Source: Sulfurimonadaceae bacterium
GTDB lineage: Bacteria > Campylobacterota > Campylobacteria > Campylobacterales > Sulfurimonadaceae
Direction: 5' to 3'
DNA length: 15,093 nt
Assembly: GCA_041548245.1 (NCBI GenBank)
Contig: JBFESZ010000046.1
Coordinates: 1 to 15,093 of the forward strand
Positions 1-7,370 of this stretch are shown in pieces. The notes beneath the pieces were generated by a model. The model saw only the letters and a program-made list of their open reading frames with translations, was not told the DNA's origin and searched no databases. Numbering within the stretch: the first letter of the stretch is position 1; each line of letters begins with the position of its first letter. The position numbers were made by a program, and so were the translations under genes.

Positions 1-1613
1 GCTGTCGTATCGATAGTGATATTTTGAGTAGCAGATGCTGTATTACCAGCAGTATCGGTTACAGTTGCCGTAGCGGTATAAGTCCCATCGGTAAGTACTG
101 TACCTGTAACATCAAGTGTCCAGTTACCGGCACCGTCAACTGTGAGGAAACCGTCACCGACAGTGTAGTCAACACCGTTGAAATTCACACCAAGGGTATT
201 GCCGTCTCCAAGGTCAATGGTACCGCTGATAAGAAGTGTCGTATCATTGGTAATAAAGTCATGTGCCAATGCTCCTGTATCATCAGTGATACCTGTGATC
301 GCAACAGTGCTGCCATCATTGTCATTATCGGCTGTGGCATCAATGATAATGTCTTGAGAGGTGCTTACAGGATTGCCCGCAGTGTCTGTTGATGTCACCG
401 TTACAGTGTAGGTTCCATCTCCGAGTGGCGTACCAGTTACGTCTAGTGTCCAGTTTCCATCAGCGTCAACGATTAGTTCAGGATCTGCTGTGGTGTAATC
501 GACACCGTTGAAGTTTACGCTTAGATCAGCTGTGGCATCAGGATCGATAGTTCCGTTAATAAGAAGCGTATTATCATTGGTGATGAAATCATTGTCGAGT
601 ATTCCCGTATCATCGGTGATACCTGTGATTGTGGCATTGACTGCGGTATCGATGACAATGTCCTGAGTTGCAGTAGCTACATTACCGGCAATATCTGTAG
701 CTGTCACGGTAGCGGTATAAGTACCATCGGTAAGTACTGTACCTGTAACATCAAGTATCCAGTTACCGGCACCGTCAACTGTAAGGAAACCATCACCGAC
801 AGTGTAGTCAACACCGTTGAAATTCACACCAAGGGTATTGCCGTCTTCAAGGTCAATGGTACCGCTGATAAGAAGTGTCGTATCATTGGTAATAAAGTCA
901 TCTGCCAATGCTCCTGTATCATCAGTGATACCTGTGATCGCAACAGTGCTGCCATCATTGTCATTATCGGCTGTCGTATCGATAGTGATGACGTTTTGAG
1001 TTGCAGTTGCGACGTTACCGGCAATGTCCGTTGCCGTCACGGTTGCTGTGTAGGTACCGTCTGAAAGTGGTATAGAAGTTACATCAAGCGTCCAGTTTCC
1101 ATCAGCATCAACACTTAGTTCAGGATCGTTTAATGTGTAGTCGACACCGTTGAAGTTTACGCTTACATCAGCAGTGGCATCAGGATCGACTGTTCCGTTG
1201 ATAAGCAAGGTATTATCATTGGTGACGAAGTCATTATTGAGTACTCCTGTATCGGTAGAGATACTGTCAATTGTTGCATTGACTGTTGTATCGATAACAA
1301 TATCCTGGGCTGTGCTTGCCGTATTACCTACGCTGTCGGTTGCTGTGACGGTTGCCGTATAGGTCCCGTCTGTTAGCGGTGTACCGGAAACATCCAGTGT
1401 CCAGTTGCCTAAATCGTCCACAGTCAGGAAGCCGTCATCAACGGTATAGGTCGTACCGTTGAAATTCACACTAAGGGTATTGTTATCTCCAAGATCAATA
1501 GTACCACTGATAAGAAGTGCAGTGTCGTTGGTGATGAAGTCGTCAAGAAATGCTCCCGTATCATCGGTGATTCCTGTAATCGTTACGGTTTTCCCATCCC
1601 CATCATTATCCGC
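1..1613 (-). repeat. Intragenic tandem Ig-like repeat array, five units in the window, order A-B-A-B-A
   Basis: The equivalent VNFNG-coding anchor recurs at 1461, 1152, 819, 510 and 180 (spacings 309/333/309/330 bp; A+B period 639-642 bp). 85-335 and 724-974 differ at only 5 of 251 positions. Confidence 0.95.
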
Positions 1614-2090
1614 TGTTCCATCAAGCGGAAGATCACGAATCACGGTCGCCAAATATCCGTCTTGGGCATTTTCTGTCGGCAAGTATTCAGCTCGTGCAAA
1701 TCCTAGGTTCTCATTATGTTCGACGAACTCACTGACACCTATTGAAGCAGCATCACCTGGGTTTTCATCACCAGCTGCCGTTTCTAATGTCAGGGAAGTC
1801 TCTTCATCCCCATTTAGAATCTTTTGTATGTCGGCTATTTGTGCCTGAACACTATCGGCTACTATTTCGTTTTCATAGACGGCAGTGTCAATCACTAAAG
1901 ACTGACCAGGACCAATGTTGAGGACATTGCCGTTATCCAAGACGATGACAACATTTGAATCGGCAGATGTGTGGATGATATCATTTGCATAAATAGGAGA
2001 GTGTACATCTAAACTTCTACTTTCTACACCGTTTTTGGCAGTTATGTCTCCATCAACCTGTGTCGCATATCCGACTATTTGAGTACTCAT
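1..2090 (-). CDS. Large LapA/BapA-like T1SS adhesin with N-terminal retention module and tandem bacterial Ig-like repeats (3'-partial, runs off the window)
   Basis: Manually translated. ATG at 2090, AGGAG RBS at 2102-2098, no stop down to base 1 (>=696 aa). Starts MSTQIVGYATQVDGDITAKNGVESRSLDVHSPIYANDIIHT, contains LETAAGDE, then repeats of TGITDDTG..DFITND.TL.I.GT..VNFNG..Y..GNWTLDV...L.DGTYT..VTATD.AGN. Absent from the ORF track because it has no stop in the window. Confidence 0.95.
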   Translation of the reverse strand, partial: MSTQIVGYATQVDGDITAKNGVESRSLDVHSPIYANDIIHTSADSNVVIVLDNGNVLNIGPGQSLVIDTAVYENEIVADSVQAQIADIQKILNGDEETSLTLETAAGDENPGDAASIGVSEFVEHNENLGFARAEYLPTENAQDGYLATVIRDLPLDGTADNDGDGKTVTITGITDDTGAFLDDFITNDTALLISGTIDLGDNNTLSVNFNGTTYTVDDGFLTVDDLGNWTLDVSGTPLTDGTYTATVTATDSVGNTASTAQDIVIDTTVNATIDSISTDTGVLNNDFVTNDNTLLINGTVDPDATADVSVNFNGVDYTLNDPELSVDADGNWTLDVTSIPLSDGTYTATVTATDIAGNVATATQNVITIDTTADNDNDGSTVAITGITDDTGALADDFITNDTTLLISGTIDLEDGNTLGVNFNGVDYTVGDGFLTVDGAGNWILDVTGTVLTDGTYTATVTATDIAGNVATATQDIVIDTAVNATITGITDDTGILDNDFITNDNTLLINGTIDPDATADLSVNFNGVDYTTADPELIVDADGNWTLDVTGTPLGDGTYTVTVTSTDTAGNPVSTSQDIIIDATADNDNDGSTVAITGITDDTGALAHDFITNDTTLLISGTIDLGDGNTLGVNFNGVDYTVGDGFLTVDGAGNWTLDVTGTVLTDGTYTATATVTDTAGNTASATQNITIDTT

Positions 2091-2122
2091 GGTATGACTC
2101 CTATACAATTATCTTATTTTGT

Positions 2123-2131
2123 ATATTAACA
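2123..2131 (-). promoter_or_regulatory. Candidate extended -10 promoter (TGt-TAATAT) for the adhesin gene
   Basis: Minus strand reads ttgtTAATATacaaaataagataattgtatAGGAGtcataccATG. Confidence 0.4.
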
Positions 2132-2179
2132 AATAGATAAATGTTTGTATAGTGTACTTTGGTACTATGAAGCGTTATA

Positions 2180-4135
2180 CTATACCTGATATGTTGACGA
2201 TAATGCAGCCCCCTGGAAATAATTTATCTTTATTTGATGCAATTTATCAAAATCTGAAGTACTATTAATGTGCGTGGCAATGATGTCAGTTCCTATACTA
2301 TTGACAATATTGAGTAAGCTGGAACGCATGTGTCCAGGTGTGTCTCCATAGATCATATCAAAGATATATGAGGTGTTGATTCTTAAAAAATCGGGTCGCA
2401 GGATTTGTAAATATACCGGTGTAGTCTGAGGTAGCACAAAATAGTCTATAGCAAACATGTGTCCCAAGGACTTGATCATCAATGCGAACTCATTGATTGC
2501 CTCCACTTCATGTATGGCTATATTATTACTGACATTAAAGCATATCTTATGTCCTGTTTTCGCTTTGTTTAAAAGTGCCAGTTGATCAACAAGCCAATTA
2601 AAATGTGAGCTGTTCTTAATAAAGTCAATACCGAGTGTTACGGCTATATCTTTCTGGAAGCGGGATTCATGTATGGCGGCAAATATTTGTTCCATCAAAT
2701 AACGGTCAAGTTTATTAGAAATACCAATACCTATGGCCATTGGAGTAAAGTTAAGACGTTGTTCGTTCCCTTGGCTGTCAAAGAGTCTTAAAAAAACTTT
2801 TTCATGGAATAGGGTCTGTTTGTCATTAATAAGTCTCATAACCGGTTGTGAGATTAAAAGAAGTCTCGACTCTTCAATCGCATTCAACAACTCTTCTCTT
2901 AATTCTTCTTTACCCATAACTAGTGTGTTTTCATCAGTTTGATCGATATGAGCATGAAAGTTCTCTTCGACTTTAGCCAACATGACATTGTTGTCCGCCC
3001 TTGTCAGTAATCTTTTCATATCATCTTGAGGAGTATAGTTTCCTATACCGCATCCAACTTTGAAGTATTCTTCAATATCAGGATCGAGAGCATTGACTCT
3101 ATTGCGTAACTTGTCTAGAACAATCTGCAGTTTTTCATCGACTTCAAGTGTATGATAAGAGGGTACGATAAGCATAAAATCATTAATGTTCAAGCGAACA
3201 AAGAGAAGATCCTCGACATGATCAAATGCCTGCTGAACATCATCGATGAAAAATGTCAGTACTTTATGATAACGTTCATATCCATGTTCTCGTTTTAAAC
3301 GATTAAGCCCTTCCATACTGAACATGACATAAGTACCGCTGCCCAAAGCTGAATTGTCTTGTAAATAGTCCGGAAGTTTTATGAGAAGATATTTACGGTT
3401 ATATATCTTGGTCTCAGTATCTTTATAAAGGACAGCCTGGTACTCCTGCAATATCTCACTGTCTCGCTCAAAGATGTCTTTGACCTTCATGATCATACTG
3501 TTGATCGCGACTGCGACAGATCGAAACTCCGTTGTAAATGGCAGTTTCTCCTGGATAATAAATTTGTTTTCTTTGATTCCTTCTGCCTGTTCTTGCATAC
3601 GTTTTAATGGTCTCAAACTAAAATGCAAAAGAAAATAAAGAATAAAACAGCCGACGGTGACGGTGACCAAAAAAATATTAACAAAGTATAAGAAGGCATT
3701 GTATAGCTGATGGTAGGCAAAGTCAGTGTGTCCGCGCACTTCAATGGTACCGAAACGCTGCCAGTCAATGATGATATCGCTTGAAGCCACTTCATTTTTA
3801 AGTTCTATAAAGTTGATAAACCATTCAGGAACATTATAGATATTTTTTTTATCTTGACGAGAATAGAGTATTGTTCCGTTAATATCAAGAAGCCGAATCT
3901 CCTCATAATAGCCACTGTCATAGGCTGCATTGATGAGGCTTTCCATGACAGGCAGCTGGACAATTGATGGGATAGATAAAGAGAAGCCGAGCCAATGAGA
4001 TGTGTTCACAGCATCTGTGTATAACTGATTTTGAATATATTCTTTTGAATTATTAAAGTTTTGTACGACAATCGATGTTGCCAAAATTGTTGTGAAAATG
4101 GTTACCATAATAATCAGTTGAACAAACAATCTCAT
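2180..4135 (-). CDS. lapD: LapD-family c-di-GMP receptor (TM, periplasmic LapD/MoxY domain, TM, HAMP, degenerate GGDEF, degenerate EAL), 651 aa
   Basis: Start moved to ATG 4135 (AAGGAA RBS; ATGA overlap with the lapG stop). Motifs AAYDSGYYEEIRL and VPEWF..DWQRFG (W125). GGDEF site reads RLNINDF, EAL site reads HEKVFLR, DDFG position reads IDYF. Directly adjacent to lapG. Confidence 0.93.
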   Translation of the reverse strand: MRLFVQLIIMVTIFTTILATSIVVQNFNNSKEYIQNQLYTDAVNTSHWLGFSLSIPSIVQLPVMESLINAAYDSGYYEEIRLLDINGTILYSRQDKKNIYNVPEWFINFIELKNEVASSDIIIDWQRFGTIEVRGHTDFAYHQLYNAFLYFVNIFLVTVTVGCFILYFLLHFSLRPLKRMQEQAEGIKENKFIIQEKLPFTTEFRSVAVAINSMIMKVKDIFERDSEILQEYQAVLYKDTETKIYNRKYLLIKLPDYLQDNSALGSGTYVMFSMEGLNRLKREHGYERYHKVLTFFIDDVQQAFDHVEDLLFVRLNINDFMLIVPSYHTLEVDEKLQIVLDKLRNRVNALDPDIEEYFKVGCGIGNYTPQDDMKRLLTRADNNVMLAKVEENFHAHIDQTDENTLVMGKEELREELLNAIEESRLLLISQPVMRLINDKQTLFHEKVFLRLFDSQGNEQRLNFTPMAIGIGISNKLDRYLMEQIFAAIHESRFQKDIAVTLGIDFIKNSSHFNWLVDQLALLNKAKTGHKICFNVSNNIAIHEVEAINEFALMIKSLGHMFAIDYFVLPQTTPVYLQILRPDFLRINTSYIFDMIYGDTPGHMRSSLLNIVNSIGTDIIATHINSTSDFDKLHQIKINYFQGAALSSTYQV

Positions 4136-4785
4136 CTTAATTCCTTTTTTCGTATGATTTGTAATGTATCCCATGGATGTTTTTGATTAATCGCCCCGGG
4201 TAAAATCTTACCCAATTTTACCTGCTTGGCATGTAAGAGATCCTCACCTAAGAAGCTGTAAATGGGAATAATGTCTTTTCTCTGTTTTGCTGGCAAGATC
4301 TTTTGATTGTAATTGTCAAGAATCAAAGGAATCGATGTCGGGGTCTCATAATAACTTAATACCAAATGGGGTTGACGATATCGCGTAGACATCCCATAGG
4401 TCATATACAGCTTTGATGTGGGAACGCCTAACTCTTTTAAGGTGAAATATTTTGCGATGACATAATCTTCGCAATCACCTCTGTCTTTTCCCAAGAACTC
4501 GACTCTTGTAGCCCAGTAGTCTTTAACATGCCATACCTTTTGATCCGAGGCGTAAGGTATCGTATTAAAAAACTTATTGACAATATCTAACTTCTCTTTT
4601 TCATTCACATGGGATGCGGTGTTCATCATATTAATCAAGGCTTCGACTCTTCTTTTTGCAAAAACATCATACTGCTTTTCAACCTCATCGAGTTTATGTT
4701 GCAAGATAGAGTAGACATAATAGTTTTCAGAAAAAAGATCACAGACTAATAGTAATAAAAGTAAAAAATAGAGTTTCCGTATCAC
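4132..4785 (-). CDS. lapG: LapG-family transglutaminase-like cysteine peptidase (BTLCP / peptidase C93)
   Basis: VNKFFN..Y.SD..VW...DYWAT..EFL....GDCEDYVIAKYFTL..LGV; HLVLSYY; PLILDN, giving an intact Cys-His-Asp triad. GTG 4785 is preferred over the ORF-track TTG 4818 because it yields a signal-like N-terminus (MIRKLYFLLLLLLV) and a TACAAT -10 overlaps 4818-4823. The start is uncertain. Confidence 0.93.
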   Translation of the reverse strand: MIRKLYFLLLLLLVCDLFSENYYVYSILQHKLDEVEKQYDVFAKRRVEALINMMNTASHVNEKEKLDIVNKFFNTIPYASDQKVWHVKDYWATRVEFLGKDRGDCEDYVIAKYFTLKELGVPTSKLYMTYGMSTRYRQPHLVLSYYETPTSIPLILDNYNQKILPAKQRKDIIPIYSFLGEDLLHAKQVKLGKILPGAINQKHPWDTLQIIRKKELR

Positions 4786-4924
4786 ATCTATGTCATCTTT
4801 TTTTGGATTGAACTTCAATTGTATATCAGAGAATACACTTTTTACCTTAAACTAGAGAGATGATAACTAATGAATGGAGTCTGAAAAGTAGAAGTAAAAC
4901 TACAATAAAATGCAGAAGAAGCTT

Positions 4925-4933
4925 TGGTATAAT
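4925..4933 (+). promoter_or_regulatory. Extended -10 promoter (TGg-TATAAT) of aguB
   Basis: Perfect TGnTATAAT ending 22 nt before ATG 4956, with AGGAG at 4946-4950. Confidence 0.7.
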
Positions 4934-4955
4934 TTTGTAAAAAACAGGAGTCACC

Positions 4956-5807
4956 ATGCTAAAAGTCGCGGCAATACAGATGCAGATGTCACATGAGCAG
5001 GAAGATAATCGTAATAAGGCCGAGGCTATGGTCCGTGAAGCTGCATATGAGGGAGCAAAGATCATATTGCTTCCAGAGCTTTTTGAAGGGTTCTACTTTT
5101 GCAAAGATATGGATGAATATTACTTTTCCTGGGCGCAGGAAAGAGAGACGCATCCTTTGTTAAAGCGTTTTGCTCAATTGAGCAAAGAATTACGGGTTGT
5201 ACTTTTAGTGAGTTACTTTGAAAAAAGTACAGATGGCTTTTTCAACTCTCTTGTGGTTATCGATGCAGATGGGAGTATCTTGCAGAACTATAGAAAGACG
5301 CATATCCCAGACGGTCCAGGATATGAAGAGAAGTTCTATTTTACTCCTGGTGACACCGGTTTTCAAGTCTGGAAAACAGCCTATGGCACGATCGGTGCAG
5401 GGATCTGTTGGGATCAGTGGTTCCCCGAGACCGCACGTTCTTTAGCCCTTATGGGTGCAGAGCTGATTTTCTATCCTACTGCTATCGGGTCTGAACCGGA
5501 GATTAAAGTAGACTCAAAAGATCATTGGCAACGTGTTCAAATGGGACATGCAGCAGCCAATACGACACCTGTCATCGTTGCCAACCGCATAGGTGTTGAA
5601 GAAGGTGAGAGCTGCACGCTTACCTTTTATGGTTCATCATTTATGACGGATATCACCGGAGAGAAGATCAGTGAGGCCTCTCGTGATAAGGAAGAGATCA
5701 TCTATGCGACGTATGATCTTGAATCAAACAGAAAAGACAAAGAGTACTGGGGTCTGTTCAGAGATAGACGACCTGAATGTTATGAGGCGATTGTCAAAGC
5801 GAAATAG
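4956..5807 (+). CDS. aguB: N-carbamoylputrescine amidase (carbon-nitrogen hydrolase family)
   Basis: Nitrilase-fold E-K-C triad (LPELF, YRKTHIPDGPGYEEKFYFTPGDTGF, GICWDQWFPE), plus YPTAIGSEP and WGLFRDRRP typical of AguB. Confidence 0.93.
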   Translation: MLKVAAIQMQMSHEQEDNRNKAEAMVREAAYEGAKIILLPELFEGFYFCKDMDEYYFSWAQERETHPLLKRFAQLSKELRVVLLVSYFEKSTDGFFNSLVVIDADGSILQNYRKTHIPDGPGYEEKFYFTPGDTGFQVWKTAYGTIGAGICWDQWFPETARSLALMGAELIFYPTAIGSEPEIKVDSKDHWQRVQMGHAAANTTPVIVANRIGVEEGESCTLTFYGSSFMTDITGEKISEASRDKEEIIYATYDLESNRKDKEYWGLFRDRRPECYEAIVKAK

Positions 5808-5911
5808 TTTTTCTTTAAATGCCTGAAATGGCAGTATAACGACAGTATAAAACATATTGGTACTCTATTTGCTTTTTCTGGAGCACTAAAGTCAGAGCAA
5901 GGAGACGGTAT

Positions 5912-6712
5912 ATGGAAATTATATTGCAAAATAATTTGATAGTCGTACGTACAAGCTTTGATGTATTGCACAGTGAGTGGATGGATGAGTTTTTACATAC
6001 CCACGCGCAAGAGATGCTTTTCTTGCCAAAAGCGGTTCTCGTCTTTTTCAACAATGCTCTGATCGATGCCAAGGCTAGGTTTATTGAAGCGATGTGCATG
6101 CATTATACAAAAGACCTCGAGACGGATAATGACTTCTATTTCCGCTCAGTCATGCGATATATCAAATATCCCATAAAGATAGAGCTCAAAGACAAAGAAG
6201 AGATCGAAACGATAGAAGTTCGCCTGCAGGCACGCAGCAGTTCTGAAGTCCAGATCAAACTTGACCGGCCGAACCGCTGGTTGATGAACTATCTTAAGTC
6301 AAAGCTAGATCTTTACATCACGCAAGAGGGTCTGATGAACGTCTTTTTGGAGTTGCCGGACAACAAGGCCAAGGCCCATCTAGAAAAGGCATTGAACAAA
6401 CGCAACATCATGAACTACCGTATTCAATACACCTATGATGCCTATTTTATGCAAAACCTCTATTCTGAGTACGGTCAGTTTGAGTATGAGGACCATACGG
6501 ATGATGAGATTGATGAGATGTTGCATTATTATACGGTACTTGAGTGTCCTGTCGGATCAAGTCAGGATGCACTTCGCCGCAGTTACAAAAAGCTTGTGAA
6601 GGTGTATCATCCGGATCGTGTCCATTTTGAGAACCCAGCGACGGTTGACCATTACACACAGAAATTTCAATTGCTTCAAGAAGCATATCAGGCTCTTCGC
6701 ATTGTCTCTTAA
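5912..6712 (+). CDS. Class C J-domain protein (C-terminal DnaJ domain, uncharacterised N-terminal region)
   Basis: C-terminal YYTVLECPVGSSQDALRRSYKKLVKVYHPDRV..QKFQLLQEAYQAL with intact HPD; AGGAG RBS upstream. Confidence 0.88.
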   Translation: MEIILQNNLIVVRTSFDVLHSEWMDEFLHTHAQEMLFLPKAVLVFFNNALIDAKARFIEAMCMHYTKDLETDNDFYFRSVMRYIKYPIKIELKDKEEIETIEVRLQARSSSEVQIKLDRPNRWLMNYLKSKLDLYITQEGLMNVFLELPDNKAKAHLEKALNKRNIMNYRIQYTYDAYFMQNLYSEYGQFEYEDHTDDEIDEMLHYYTVLECPVGSSQDALRRSYKKLVKVYHPDRVHFENPATVDHYTQKFQLLQEAYQALRIVS

Positions 6713-7358
6713 GCGGTTATTCCAAAAAGGAAGGATTGCCTTTCTGTTGGTCTTGCTTCCGGTAATTGCAACAGCGAGCCCGTATCCTCAGCCAAAAAGT
6801 TTCTCACAAGCTATGAACATTTATAAAAAGATGGATTTTGATTATACACGTACGGCCTTTACTCAAGAGGTTTATGTGTATGACCCTACGACATGCATGG
6901 ATAAGTTTTATGTCAAAGGGGAGAAAAAACGTACGGTCTCTTTCGTCCGTATCGTTCCTGAAGAGAGAATGTTAAAAGTTCGTCCATGTGGAACGCAGAA
7001 ACTTTGTGAGAAGTATAACAAGGAGCGTTTTAGCGGTGCACGGTGTTGTCGGTTAAGTGACGAGATATATCGGGCTTATAATACAGACCTTTTTAACATC
7101 ATTCCCATTGTCGATGCCAATGCAGAAAAAATGAATGAGCCCCCTGTACATTTTAGAGGTAATATAGCCAGGGTTTATTTATATATGAATGCCCAATATG
7201 GACTTAATCTCTCTTATGAAGAGCAGATGCGTTATCTACAATGGCATAAGCAGGATAAGGTGGATGAGAAAGAATGCAATCTATACCGACAGATTGTCGA
7301 TCTTCAAGGACGTATCAATCCATGGATAGAATCATCCTGCAAAACCATGACTGAATAA
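6702..7358 (+). CDS. Secreted endonuclease I (EndA/Vvn/Dns) family homologue with a degenerate active site
   Basis: PKSFSQA, DLFNIIP, EPP..RGNIARVYLYM..YG..LS, W...D.VD..EC, QG..NPWI..SC match endonuclease I. TTG 6702 gives a signal peptide ending ATA; the ORF-track start at 6618 overlaps the upstream gene by 95 bp. The start is uncertain. Confidence 0.8.
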   Translation: MSLKRLFQKGRIAFLLVLLPVIATASPYPQPKSFSQAMNIYKKMDFDYTRTAFTQEVYVYDPTTCMDKFYVKGEKKRTVSFVRIVPEERMLKVRPCGTQKLCEKYNKERFSGARCCRLSDEIYRAYNTDLFNIIPIVDANAEKMNEPPVHFRGNIARVYLYMNAQYGLNLSYEEQMRYLQWHKQDKVDEKECNLYRQIVDLQGRINPWIESSCKTMTE

Positions 7359-7370
7359 GCCTTAGTTGAA

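Noticed and set aside
1-1613. Repeats as a CRISPR array or mobile element
   Set aside because: Units are 309-333 bp, in frame and protein-coding, with no short repeat/unique spacer structure, terminal repeats or transposase.
24-1848. ORF-track ORFs 24-392, 817-999, 824-1024, 1150-1362 and 1459-1848
   Set aside because: They are antisense or out-of-frame shadows of the adhesin; their mutual similarity simply mirrors its repeats.
3843-3850. Homopolymer T tract in lapD as a phase-variation site
   Set aside because: An 8-nt A/T run is unremarkable in AT-rich DNA, the frame is intact, and no long poly-G/C tract was seen.
4136-4174. ORF-track N-terminal extension of lapD
   Set aside because: It lies inside lapG; ATG 4135 has an RBS, an ATGA overlap and gives family-consistent numbering.
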